Origin: Proteromonas lacertae
Taxonomy: Eukaryota
Assembly: GCA_002245135.1 (NCBI GenBank)
Contig: NGBS01000005.1
Location: forward strand, 1 to 64,000
Length of the DNA stretch: 64,000 bases
Direction: 5' to 3'
Positions 1 to 11,144 of this stretch are shown in pieces. The first letter of the stretch is position 1; the number at the start of each line of letters is the position of its first letter. Below the pieces are notes generated by a model. It searched no databases, was not told the DNA's origin, and worked only from the letters and a program-made list of their open reading frames with translations. A program made the position numbers and the translations under genes.

Positions 1-3000
1 TTTATTGTTGTAGGAGTTTCTGTTGTAGGTTTAATTGTTGTTGGTATTTCTGTTGTTGGTTCTTCTGTTGTTGGTTTTATTGTTGTTGGAGCTTCAGTTG
101 TTGGCTTAATTGTTGTTGGAGGAATTGTTGTAGGTAATAGTATTGTAAGATGAATATTTACACTCTTCTTTTTATATGTAAAACAATCAACTTGGATATT
201 TGAATCAAATGTAGAATTAGCTATTCCACTTATCACTCCATTTTTATCAAATGAAATACCATTTGGCAAACCTAATGCATGAATATAATTGCATTTCATT
301 TCAGATGGATATAATGCAATATTATCTCCTACATGAGTTTCTAATTCAGAAACGGTGTAATTTATTATTGGTTGAATTTTTGGTAATATTGAAAATGAAA
401 ATGAAGAATAGTAATAACTACCATCATCCAATTCTACTTTCACAGTGTAGTGTCTATTATTATCTATCATCTTTGAATTTCCTTCTATAGAACCGTAATC
501 TTCATTCATTGACAATCCTTCAGGGAGTAAAGGAGTAATTGAATATTTAGCATTTTTTACATCTTTTATAAATGTATTTGATTTAAATGGAGATTCAATT
601 AAGACTTGTGTATTATCATAATATTTTGTTCTAATTGGATTATATAAAATAGGATATTCTGGATTATAGAAATAAGATGATTGAGGGATTTCCAATTCAG
701 TTGAACCATCTTTGGAATAATATAATTTTAATAATTTGGTTTTATCAAAGTCTCCTTTTCCATATATTATTTCAATTGGATAATTACCTTCACTTAAACT
801 AATATCTGATGATTGTTTATGATAACCAAAACCTAAACATTTTATATTCAAACTTGATAATGTTAAGCTACAATAATCATAACATTCCAAAGATATTTTC
901 ATATTTCCACTCAATTGAGAATCAATTCTAATATATCCTTTATATTCAGCTACAAATGAATAACCTAATTCATCTGGTAAATTATTCCATAATTCTTCAC
1001 TTTGATCATGATAAATATTATCTTCAATTCTTTCTAATCTCAAATTCTCTTCTTTCATTGTTGATGTATCAATATTTTGATTAATATCAACTGATTGTAA
1101 GACAAAATACTTCACTATTAAACCATTTTGAATAGTTGAATATGATTTATCAAAACAGTGAAGCTGAAATTCTGTTGATGATTTACATAAATCTATATCA
1201 TTAATAGATTTAACAACAACTAACTTATAATCATTATTACATGTTGAAATTACTCCTTCTATTACTCCATCTTTTCTAATTGATAATCCATTGATTGGTG
1301 GAGTTATTTCCCATTCTGAGACTATTCCATTGAAACTAGGAATAAGATTAATATTATCATCTTTATTAGATTGAACAAATAATGTGTTATATGATAAATG
1401 AGAAAGTAAATATCCACCACTAAATATCATACCATCTAGTCGTGTTTTAGTATTTCCTGCTTTTTGAATATAAGCTTGAAAATCATTTGCATTATTTCCA
1501 TACCATGTCAAATAACCAATTACATAATAACCTTTTTTCAATTCGACTGTATAACTTCCAATATCCTGCCAGTGTGCTGTATTATATCTTTGTTCTTGAT
1601 AATTTCTAAATGCAAACTTTTGATTATCATCAGATCTACCTGTAAATGTATATTCTCCATCTTCATCAATTTTTATATATCCTCTCATTCTTGCTATTCC
1701 ATTTTGACATGGATTCCACCAACTTGTAGAACATGTACCTCCTGCAATTGATATAGTAACAAATGAAGTAGTAATTAATTTCTTTTCTTGAATTTTATAT
1801 ACTCCATTTTCAAATTTTGCCCAAATATCTTTTAATTGATCTACATAAAAACCATTTTGAGTAACTCCAGTTTGACTAGATTGTGCAAAATTTATAAATT
1901 CTAATCCATTTGACATTTCTTTTGTCTTTTTATACCAATTCAATATTATTCGATATTTCTTATCTATTATATAAGTGATTATCGTTTTATATTCTTCATA
2001 CTCAGTTGGATCTTCAATAATACCATTAATTCTTCCATTTCCATCTACACTCAATCCACTTGGTAGATTTTCCACTAATAAATAGGATGGTTTTTTATCA
2101 CATTTTAATTCTAATTCTATTTCCATTGGATAAATTCTAATATATTCAACACCATAACTACATTTACCTACATCTCTCACTACACTCACATAAACATTGT
2201 GTTTTGATAAATCACTTAATGTAACTTCGAATTTTTGAACTATTTCCACACTACTATTGACTGTAAGTGTTTTACCACTTTTAGTAATATATGCAGATTC
2301 TGGTGTGATTGAAGATATATCTGAACCAAATTCATGAGTAATAACAACATTTGGATAGGTTGAAAGATATACATCTCCATTATTACATTCAGTTTTATCA
2401 ACATTTGACCATTCTACAACCTTACTTACACTATTATACACACATTTTCTTGTCATAAAATTTCTATTAACATTACTTCCTTCATCACAATATAATTCTG
2501 CTTCATGACCAACTTCTGTTTCTGGCCAATCACTATCAACAGAACAACTTGGACCATTCACTTTCAATTTTATATAATCAAATCTCACTCTTTCATTTTC
2601 TGGATAATTTCCACTTGACGTTATTGTAACTTTAGTATTAACTTTGGGAGTAGTTTGAACTGCATTTCCATTTAATAATCCATTTCCATCAATATTTAAA
2701 CCTTCAGGTATTTGTGGTTGGTAAGAAATAGTAAAATCTCCACTTATTATTATAAAACATAATTGTTTATTGATTTCATCACCTACATTTATATCGATTA
2801 AATCAGATGAACAACCAAACCAATATCTCTTTAATGAACAACTTGTTCCTGTTGATTCTTCAAGAACAGCATTTCCTACGTCATTTCTACATGTTGTATA
2901 GATTCGAGCTGGTTCTGATGAATCAGTTTTACCATCAGATTCTTTTCCTGCTTCACACATTGAAATTGTTGTTTTACTCATTGGTATGTTAGTATTAGAA

Positions 3001-6000
3001 CAATAACTTTGATAATTACATAATTGAGGAATAAAATCAGCTACTGTAAATTCAGGAGATAAATAATCACCAGATACACCTCGACGAGTGAAATTAAATA
3101 AATATGTTTTATATTCTACATCATTATTAGGAATATAAAATGGTAATTTTTCATTATAAACTGGTTCTACATTATTTCTTATCTCATGAAGTAATTTCCA
3201 TTCATTTTTATCATTCTTTCCATATAAATCCCAATCGATTGGAAAAGCACTTAATAACCCAGTACTTGGAGCAGATAATATATAATTATTGAATAATATC
3301 TTTTCTTTAAATGTTATTTCTATCCATGTATTCATAACAAAACTATTACTCATATCAAAAGTCAATTTAGTTGATGGAGAATCATCAATGATTTTGGTTA
3401 TTTCTTCAGATGTTAGTTGATAATCTCCAATTTCACCATTCACATTACCAAATGCTTTGATTGATTCTACTTTCAATAATGGTTTACTAACACATTCATT
3501 GATTTGAATAAATTGATAATCAATATTAAAATTGTCTTTTACTGTCACATCACCATGTACTTTATGAATTTCTATTGATAATATATTTGATGAAGATAAA
3601 AGTGATAAAGGAAGTGGTAAATTCACTTCTTTAGATCCAATATTCTCTAATGAATTTGTGTTACTTGTTACTGATCCTTCTGGTAAATTATATCTATAAA
3701 TTTCTTTTCCATTCAAATACATTATAATCCCACCTTCATATTGAAACTTCACTTTGAAATATTTCTCTAAATCAGATGATTTAGAATAACTAAATACATT
3801 CTTATAATATCTTGTAGTAATTGAAGGATTTTTATCTTCAAATGATTTTGATACTCTTTCATTCCAACCGTTTATATCATTTGATGCAATCCAATCACTT
3901 CCTGATTGCATATTATCATTATAATACCACTTATAATCTTCTTTATATAATTTATAAGCTATTATTGATACTTTAGTATTTCCAGTAATCATTTCAACTG
4001 CTGTTTCAGTCTCCAAAACATTTACTCTCACAGATGACTGAGGATTTGAGAATTTTGTATGTAAATTATATATTCCTTCATCCACACAAAATGTTTCAGT
4101 TGTTGAAGCAATATTTGTTTCATCAAATAAAACATTTCCATTTGATGATTCTAATTTCACTAAATTATTATCATTTTCATCAACGAAATTAATTCTTAAG
4201 GATAAAACAACACCAGAACATGGTTCTGGCTTTAGTGTTAGTGTAACTGCATTTGAATATCCATTTTCATTTCTACATCGGATTAATACTTTGTCTTCAC
4301 CAAAGTCTATTCCAACTAAACCATATAATACTCCAGTGAATGAATTGAAATACATTCCAATCGGTATTCTGTCAATTTCGAATATATTTGCTCCATTCAA
4401 TACTTTTGGACCTATATAAAACTCAACACCAGTTTTTAGTATAAATTCACTCTTTTCATATTCTATTACTGGATTTCCACTTCCTACTACACAAAATGAT
4501 ATTGTTGGAGATTCTAAATTAATTTCTTTAGCAAATAATATATCTTGTTTTGCGTTGTAAATTATATATTTTCCTGGATGATTAAAAGTGATAGCATAAT
4601 TTCCATTTCCTTCATTTTCGTTAACTGCATATTCAACTACATGCAAATTTGGATTATCCTTCATTATCGGTGTTACTACACTATTATCTTCGCTATTCTT
4701 TATAACAACATCATTTCCTTCAGTATAATCATATACTAATTTGAAATAATAACTGGAAAATCTTATATTTAAAGTAATTTCAGTCGATGAAATTCCTACT
4801 AATCCATATCTATATATCTTTACTGTATAACCAGTAACAGCTTCTAATGGTTTTCCTGAAATAATTCCTGTATCTATATCTAATGACAAACCATTTGGTA
4901 ATAAACTTGAAGTAAATTTGGATTGACTTGTTATTTCACATTTTATCGTTATTTCATTACCTACTATATATTCAACTTCTGTTGGACATGTAAACAAAAC
5001 TTTACTATCATCATATCTTTCAACACCAATTTCAATTTTTGTTAAGATTTTATCAACTGAATTTGAATATGCAGTAATAAAATATGATGTTAATGGCGAT
5101 TCTGCTTTTGTATTTCCACTTATTTCTCCATTTACTTCATTAAATAATAGACCTTCTGGTAATGTTGGATATATAGAAAATGATGTATATTTACTTGAAG
5201 TTATTGATTTATGGAATATTGGAATATTCACAGGAATTGGAGCATTTAATGGATAAATTGCATACGTAAAATTATATTCCATAAATCCAACAGGAATGTG
5301 ATACATTTCATCACCAAAATATGAAATAAATTTATTTTCATTAGCTGCAGTTATTTTAATATAAATAGCTTTAAAATTATTAGATGTAGTAGATGGTCTT
5401 CCATAATATATATATCTTTCACCATAATCATAATTGAAATTACCATATAAACGTTTGTGCTCTTCACAGGTTGTCTTACAATAATCATTTTGATAATTAG
5501 AATGTAAATGCCATTTCCCTGTAGAATAAACCCAATTTCCTGCAAATGACCATTCGTTTCTTATATCTATAGTATTAACTACATAAGTGAAATTAATTGA
5601 GGTTTGTATTTCCAAATTATAACTTAAATCTGGCCATAAATACATTCCTTTTTCATAATCAATATATCTCTTTGTCATTACATATTTTAATACTGCTTTA
5701 TCAGAAACACCAGAATTGGGTATACAACACTGATTAACATCAAATAAATCTTTATGATAATATGTTTTATATCCTTGAACAGCTTGAGTTGCATCTTTAC
5801 CATAATAATGAATTAATAAAGTAAAGGATGATTTACTATGAATGTTCTTTCCTCTTATAACCAATGTTTGAGATTCAAAGTCTGGTTTAGTAGCTAGTTT
5901 TCCTTTAATAACACAAGTTGTTGGATTTAATTCAATTCCACTAGGTAAATTAACACCATTACTTATTTCACAACTCTCTATTTTTCCTTCAAATGATGGT

Positions 6001-9000
6001 GAATAAATACTACTTATATTTGTTAAAAACATAACTTCGTTTGATTGATATTGGAAGAATTGGATTGGATGAGATTTAGCTTGTGAAACTGATTCTACTT
6101 TTAATTTCAATTTTGTTTCGATTGTCTGTCTCATATTAGTAAATTCAATAACTATTTCTCTTTCATTCTGAACATTTGCTATTCCTGTTGTTGATAATTC
6201 ACCATTATCAACATTCAAAACCAAATTATCAAATAATACTCCACTCTTTAATCTACAACTTTGAATTGGTACATTACAATGTGGTTTATTAATAGTAAAT
6301 GATTGAGATTGAGGAATTACTATTATATCATCTACTCCATATGAACATTCCATCAAACTAGAAGTAATACCTATTTGTATATTTTCATCTTCTATTTGTC
6401 TTTCTCCTTCTTTCATTATATATTTTATTGTGTATTGCTTCTTTTCACTCATTATATTTGTTAAATATCCATTGATTGTACAATAAATTGGATTAAAGTA
6501 TAATCCAAAAGGTAAAGCTGGAGATATTTCGCAACTTTTAACTCCATCATTATATAAGAAACTTCTAATTTCTGTTATTTTTGTATTTGAATATAACATA
6601 TAACCATTATTACTTGAGAATCTTAACGTTGTATTAGATCCATCTTTTCCACATTGAAACTTCACTTCAGCAACTCCTTCTATTGGTTTTATCAATTTGA
6701 TTATTATTAATCCATTATTCATCTCAAAACCATTATCTTTAGGCATTTCTAAATTCTCTATTGATGAACAAAATCCTTTTGTCTTTGGTTTGATTATATA
6801 ATCTACTCCAACTGTTAGATTGTAATATGAATGGTAATATTCAAGCGATTTTACTTCATCTTTAAGACATTCTTCACCTAATTCCCACACTCCATTTTCA
6901 TTACATCTTCGACTTATCTTTCCTAAATTACAATGTAATATTGAGATTCCTCCTGCATATACAGATGGAAATCCGAAATTATCCATTCTACAAATTGGTA
7001 ACGCTTTTTGTTTATATGCTAATAGTTTAAATTGAAGATAGTTATTATTACCACTTACACTAATCATTTTGAATTTTATTTTTTCATATGATTTATTAGT
7101 AGGTATATCATAACCAGACCAACTATAACATCCAGTTCCTGCTGTATCTGTTGCTACATCGTTCAATCTTAAATCTTCATTTTTATATAACAATTCCCAA
7201 TTTGGATGTTCACTATCTGTTGTACCATAAATTTCAACATTTCTTGGATGTGTACCTGCATTCTTTGAACAACCAGACATATTTAAATAATTAAAATATC
7301 TTGCTTCATTATTATTGAAGGTTAAATCAATACTAACTGGAAATGTATTTTTATTGGTGTAAGTATATTTACATATTTTATTAATATCATCTAAATCATA
7401 AGGATAAGAAACACCTTGTTCTTCATAATCTATAAATTCACCTGAATTAGCTGTGAGAGTTCTAGTCACATCTGCTTTAGCACTAATTAATTCAGTTGAT
7501 TGAATTTTTTCTACTAAAGAGACAGTCAATGAAAATGAATCATCAACATTTGATGGATTTGCTGAAGATGAATGAATTTCTATTCCTATATAATTATTAC
7601 CTTCTTGAATTGATGTAAGTGGTATAGTAACTTTCTCTCTTCTTATTTCAGTCTTACTGGCTGTTGTTGTTGAATCTATAACACCTGAAGGCATATTTCT
7701 TCTAAATATTTCATTTCCATTTATTAATACAACTATTCCATCATTATAATTTACTGTAACAAATGGAGCACCATTTTCTTCTATTTTTGAAATAATAAAT
7801 GTATTTCGATAATATCTAGTAACTACAGATTTTTGTGGAAATGAACTACTTTCAATCCAATTTTCTTTATCTTGGAAATTTACCATCCAAAATTCATTTG
7901 TTGGTTTAACATCAGAATATTCCCACTTAGTATTTTCATCAAATTCAACACATTCAGTTAATCTTACCCATTTAGAATTATCATTACACTTTAAAGATAT
8001 TTTTCCAATTTCATTACATTTTGTAGATATAGTTTCAGTTGGATAAGCTGTAACACCAAATTCATTTAATGGACATGCTTTTAAAGGAACTTGATTAACA
8101 GCAAAATAGTTAAATTGTAAGTAGTTAGAGTTAGCATTTGTACTTAATGTCTCTAGTTTATAACTCTCATATGACTTTTGAACTGGTAATGAATATGTTA
8201 ATTTGGTTGCACAATTTACAGCTGAAAACCCTAAATTTGTATTTTCATATAATAATTCCCAATTTGGATTATCACTATCTGTTGCACCATATACTTTAAT
8301 ATGCTTTGGATGAGTATTAGCATCATTAGTACATCCACTTATATCAAATTGATTGAAATATCTTGCTTGATGATTTCTAAATGTAAATGTTAAATTTACA
8401 GGAAATTTTCCAGCATTTATATTCCATTGATGATTGAAATAATTATCACGAGCTAATGTAAATAAATTGCTTACTGGTTTTGCATTCCCTATTAAACTAT
8501 TTCTTGCACTAGTATAAGATAAATCATAATTAATATCATCCAATTCTGCAACTCTTGTTGTTGTTGATAATCTCTTTCCTTCCATCATTACAGCATAAAA
8601 ATAATCTTCTTGATTAGAAGGACTTAATGAAGATTTATGCATTTCTATAGCAATATAATTCAATCCTAATTTAAGAAATTTTGTTGGAATTGGTAAAATT
8701 ATTTTTTCTTCTATTAATCCTCCAAATGATTTTAATGCTAATGTTAAACTTGTAATTGAATCATAAGGCATATTTCTTCTATATATTTCTTTTCCATTTA
8801 TATAAATAATAATTCCATCTTCAAATCTTACTTTAAGAATTGGAGAACCTAAATTATTCAAATCCCCATCAATTTCAAATGTTGTTCTATAATATGTTGT
8901 TGTTGTAGCTTTAATAGGAAATGATCCAATACTATATTCACTCCATTTGTCTGAATATTCATTACTCCAATCTGAATTAACTTGATTGCTAGAAGAATAC

Positions 9001-11144
9001 TCCCATTTTGTATTTCTCAATAATAATCCTTTTGTACATTCACTTACATCAATATCACTCCAACTGCCACCACTTCTACATTCTTTTGATTTAATAATCA
9101 ATTTTTCACTATCACAATATTCATTGTATTTACCATAAACAAACATTGCTGGATATTTATTTATGGATGAACAAGTTGATAATGGTTTTTGATTTAATAC
9201 CATTAATTTGAATTGAATCCATGGATTTGTAGGGTTATTTGTTCTAATTATTTCAAATCTTACAGCTTCATATGCTTTATAAGTAACAATGTTAAAAGAA
9301 TGTTTAGTATTTGTTGATTCTGCTTCATTTAATCCTAAATCATCATTCATAAATAATAATTCCCAATCTGGATTTTCACTATCTGTTGTACCATATATTT
9401 TCATATACATTGGATGAGTGTTAACATTATTTGTACAACCACTTATCTCAAATTGATTAAAGTATCTTGCTTCATGATTCTTAAATGTCATTAGAAAATT
9501 CAATGGAAGACTAACTGATGGATTTTTATCGTATTGATATTTAACAATTGTATTAATATTGTCAAAATCATCTACATTTGATGAAGACGATAAACTACCT
9601 TCCCTTGGTGTAGCAACTAAATTAACATCACCTTTTGCAGTAATTACTTTTGTTGATGTTATTGGATCATTTGTTGTTAATGTTAAAGAGAAAGAATCAG
9701 TTTGACTTTCTTCACTTGTTGATGATTTGTGGATTTCTACACATATTTTATTCTTTCCTCCTTGCAAAACAGTTAATGGAATTGTTATTTTCTCATCAAT
9801 ATCAGAATCAAATGATTTTCTTGCTAATATTTCGTTCTTTATTATTCCAATTGGCATATTTCTTCGAAATATTTCATTTCCATTCACATAAACAACAATA
9901 CCATCTTTATAATGAACTGTTATTGTTGGAGCACCTGTTGATGCTAAATTTTCATCTAATTGAAATTCATTCGAATAATAAGTAGTAGTGACAGTTTTGA
10001 CTGGAAATGAACCAACTTTATGTTTTGTCCAACTTAATTCAACATCATTATCTTTCCAAAATTCATCTTGTTCATCTGAACTATACATCCATTCACTACT
10101 GTCATCTAATAAATTGTTACTTGTTAAATCTCTTGATTTATTAATATCACTGAATTTCAAAGTAATTTTACACGAATCCATTTGACTTGATGGATTTGGT
10201 ATAGATGAATGTATTTCAATAGCTATGTAATTTCTTCCTTCTCTCATTAATGATAATGGAACATTAATCTTTTCTCTTCTTTTTTCACTTCTTAATGCTA
10301 ATGTTGTTGATATAATTTCACCAACAGGAAGATTTCTTCGATATGTTTCTTTTCCATTCATATAAACAACAATACCATCATCATAATTTAGTTCAATTAT
10401 CGGATCAGCAGCTTTATTATGATTATTAAAATAAATAATATTTCTATAATATCTTGTAATTACGGATTTTAAGGGAAATGAACTAATTACCCTATTCCAG
10501 GTATTATCATCCTCAAAAAAATCCAGCCACTTCTTGTTCGTTTGTGGAACATCTGTGTATCTCCATTCAGCATTTCCATCCACATGATCATCCAATCTGT
10601 TTAAATCTTGAGTCTTTTTGTACAATAAAACCTCATCTCCCTCTTTAATATCAGATAGAATAATTTTTTCTTCTTTTCCATCCTTCTCTACCAAAATAAC
10701 ACAAAGTTGGTTTTTCTGGTCTTCTACTTTGTTTCTTCTTATAACATAAGTCTTGTTAGCATCACAGAAGTAGACGCTTCTAGGCATACCTTTAGCAGCT
10801 TGGTAAACCACCTCTGCTAAATCAATTTCTTCGCCGTCTACAGCCAGTGTAATTAAACCTTTCATTATGTGACATTTGTCACTTTTCTCTTGAGATCCAC
10901 TTGTTGTCTCTAATAATGTCATTTTGAAAAGATGAGTTGTAGTACCATAGCAAACTCCATAATTATGTTCATCAAAGTTTGCCTTTTTCTGGTTTACAGC
11001 CTTGTAAACATCACTGAGTGAAGATTCTTTGTACATAAAATTCTGTGTGTTTATTTCTGCTAAATTGTTAGCAAAACATAAGCCTAAAAAATAAAGGAAG
11101 GGATCTATACACAAGACAAGAGCAAATACGTAAAATAAGCGCAT
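1..11144 (-). CDS. Giant secreted/surface mosaic protein (>3,700 aa, 3' end outside window): signal peptide, galactose-binding-like and F5/8-like beta-sandwiches, Cys-rich HRM-like modules, He_PIG/Ig repeats, two PA14-like domains, start of a PTT mucin stalk
   Basis: ATG is at 11144. Removing a 27-nt GT-AG intron (11110-11084) gives the signal peptide MRLFYVFALVLCLCFA. The same frame reads PTTEIPTTIKPTTETPTTIK at the window edge, and the ORF track lists no stop-terminated pieces in this frame, so it appears open throughout. Recurrent motifs: TRYYR..F...YDDG.VVY.NG.E.YRRN.P.G, LP.GL.I...G.ISG, RGYIKIDEDGEYTF...SDD. Confidence 0.88.
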   Translation of the reverse strand, partial: MRLFYVFALVLCIDPFLYFLGLCFANNLAEINTQNFMYKESSLSDVYKAVNQKKANFDEHNYGVCYGTTTHLFKMTLLETTSGSQEKSDKCHIMKGLITLAVDGEEIDLAEVVYQAAKGMPRSVYFCDANKTYVIRRNKVEDQKNQLCVILVEKDGKEEKIILSDIKEGDEVLLYKKTQDLNRLDDHVDGNAEWRYTDVPQTNKKWLDFFEDDNTWNRVISSFPLKSVITRYYRNIIYFNNHNKAADPIIELNYDDGIVVYMNGKETYRRNLPVGEIISTTLALRSEKRREKINVPLSLMREGRNYIAIEIHSSIPNPSSQMDSCKITLKFSDINKSRDLTSNNLLDDSSEWMYSSDEQDEFWKDNDVELSWTKHKVGSFPVKTVTTTYYSNEFQLDENLASTGAPTITVHYKDGIVVYVNGNEIFRRNMPIGIIKNEILARKSFDSDIDEKITIPLTVLQGGKNKICVEIHKSSTSEESQTDSFSLTLTTNDPITSTKVITAKGDVNLVATPREGSLSSSSNVDDFDNINTIVKYQYDKNPSVSLPLNFLMTFKNHEARYFNQFEISGCTNNVNTHPMYMKIYGTTDSENPDWELLFMNDDLGLNEAESTNTKHSFNIVTYKAYEAVRFEIIRTNNPTNPWIQFKLMVLNQKPLSTCSSINKYPAMFVYGKYNEYCDSEKLIIKSKECRSGGSWSDIDVSECTKGLLLRNTKWEYSSSNQVNSDWSNEYSDKWSEYSIGSFPIKATTTTYYRTTFEIDGDLNNLGSPILKVRFEDGIIIYINGKEIYRRNMPYDSITSLTLALKSFGGLIEEKIILPIPTKFLKLGLNYIAIEMHKSSLSPSNQEDYFYAVMMEGKRLSTTTRVAELDDINYDLSYTSARNSLIGNAKPVSNLFTLARDNYFNHQWNINAGKFPVNLTFTFRNHQARYFNQFDISGCTNDANTHPKHIKVYGATDSDNPNWELLYENTNLGFSAVNCATKLTYSLPVQKSYESYKLETLSTNANSNYLQFNYFAVNQVPLKACPLNEFGVTAYPTETISTKCNEIGKISLKCNDNSKWVRLTECVEFDENTKWEYSDVKPTNEFWMVNFQDKENWIESSSFPQKSVVTRYYRNTFIISKIEENGAPFVTVNYNDGIVVLINGNEIFRRNMPSGVIDSTTTASKTEIRREKVTIPLTSIQEGNNYIGIEIHSSSANPSNVDDSFSLTVSLVEKIQSTELISAKADVTRTLTANSGEFIDYEEQGVSYPYDLDDINKICKYTYTNKNTFPVSIDLTFNNNEARYFNYLNMSGCSKNAGTHPRNVEIYGTTDSEHPNWELLYKNEDLRLNDVATDTAGTGCYSWSGYDIPTNKSYEKIKFKMISVSGNNNYLQFKLLAYKQKALPICRMDNFGFPSVYAGGISILHCNLGKISRRCNENGVWELGEECLKDEVKSLEYYHSYYNLTVGVDYIIKPKTKGFCSSIENLEMPKDNGFEMNNGLIIIKLIKPIEGVAEVKFQCGKDGSNTTLRFSSNNGYMLYSNTKITEIRSFLYNDGVKSCEISPALPFGLYFNPIYCTINGYLTNIMSEKKQYTIKYIMKEGERQIEDENIQIGITSSLMECSYGVDDIIVIPQSQSFTINKPHCNVPIQSCRLKSGVLFDNLVLNVDNGELSTTGIANVQNEREIVIEFTNMRQTIETKLKLKVESVSQAKSHPIQFFQYQSNEVMFLTNISSIYSPSFEGKIESCEISNGVNLPSGIELNPTTCVIKGKLATKPDFESQTLVIRGKNIHSKSSFTLLIHYYGKDATQAVQGYKTYYHKDLFDVNQCCIPNSGVSDKAVLKYVMTKRYIDYEKGMYLWPDLSYNLEIQTSINFTYVVNTIDIRNEWSFAGNWVYSTGKWHLHSNYQNDYCKTTCEEHKRLYGNFNYDYGERYIYYGRPSTTSNNFKAIYIKITAANENKFISYFGDEMYHIPVGFMEYNFTYAIYPLNAPIPVNIPIFHKSITSSKYTSFSIYPTLPEGLLFNEVNGEISGNTKAESPLTSYFITAYSNSVDKILTKIEIGVERYDDSKVLFTCPTEVEYIVGNEITIKCEITSQSKFTSSLLPNGLSLDIDTGIISGKPLEAVTGYTVKIYRYGLVGISSTEITLNIRFSSYYFKLVYDYTEGNDVVIKNSEDNSVVTPIMKDNPNLHVVEYAVNENEGNGNYAITFNHPGKYIIYNAKQDILFAKEINLESPTISFCVVGSGNPVIEYEKSEFILKTGVEFYIGPKVLNGANIFEIDRIPIGMYFNSFTGVLYGLVGIDFGEDKVLIRCRNENGYSNAVTLTLKPEPCSGVVLSLRINFVDENDNNLVKLESSNGNVLFDETNIASTTETFCVDEGIYNLHTKFSNPQSSVRVNVLETETAVEMITGNTKVSIIAYKLYKEDYKWYYNDNMQSGSDWIASNDINGWNERVSKSFEDKNPSITTRYYKNVFSYSKSSDLEKYFKVKFQYEGGIIMYLNGKEIYRYNLPEGSVTSNTNSLENIGSKEVNLPLPLSLLSSSNILSIEIHKVHGDVTVKDNFNIDYQFIQINECVSKPLLKVESIKAFGNVNGEIGDYQLTSEEITKIIDDSPSTKLTFDMSNSFVMNTWIEITFKEKILFNNYILSAPSTGLLSAFPIDWDLYGKNDKNEWKLLHEIRNNVEPVYNEKLPFYIPNNDVEYKTYLFNFTRRGVSGDYLSPEFTVADFIPQLCNYQSYCSNTNIPMSKTTISMCEAGKESDGKTDSSEPARIYTTCRNDVGNAVLEESTGTSCSLKRYWFGCSSDLIDINVGDEINKQLCFIIISGDFTISYQPQIPEGLNIDGNGLLNGNAVQTTPKVNTKVTITSSGNYPENERVRFDYIKLKVNGPSCSVDSDWPETEVGHEAELYCDEGSNVNRNFMTRKCVYNSVSKVVEWSNVDKTECNNGDVYLSTYPNVVITHEFGSDISSITPESAYITKSGKTLTVNSSVEIVQKFEVTLSDLSKHNVYVSVVRDVGKCSYGVEYIRIYPMEIELELKCDKKPSYLLVENLPSGLSVDGNGRINGIIEDPTEYEEYKTIITYIIDKKYRIILNWYKKTKEMSNGLEFINFAQSSQTGVTQNGFYVDQLKDIWAKFENGVYKIQEKKLITTSFVTISIAGGTCSTSWWNPCQNGIARMRGYIKIDEDGEYTFTGRSDDNQKFAFRNYQEQRYNTAHWQDIGSYTVELKKGYYVIGYLTWYGNNANDFQAYIQKAGNTKTRLDGMIFSGGYLLSHLSYNTLFVQSNKDDNINLIPSFNGIVSEWEITPPINGLSIRKDGVIEGVISTCNNDYKLVVVKSINDIDLCKSSTEFQLHCFDKSYSTIQNGLIVKYFVLQSVDINQNIDTSTMKEENLRLERIEDNIYHDQSEELWNNLPDELGYSFVAEYKGYIRIDSQLSGNMKISLECYDYCSLTLSSLNIKCLGFGYHKQSSDISLSEGNYPIEIIYGKGDFDKTKLLKLYYSKDGSTELEIPQSSYFYNPEYPILYNPIRTKYYDNTQVLIESPFKSNTFIKDVKNAKYSITPLLPEGLSMNEDYGSIEGNSKMIDNNRHYTVKVELDDGSYYYSSFSFSILPKIQPIINYTVSELETHVGDNIALYPSEMKCNYIHALGLPNGISFDKNGVISGIANSTFDSNIQVDCFTYKKKSVNIHLTILLPTTIPPTTIKPTTEAPTTIKPTTEEPTTEIPTTIKPTTETPTTI

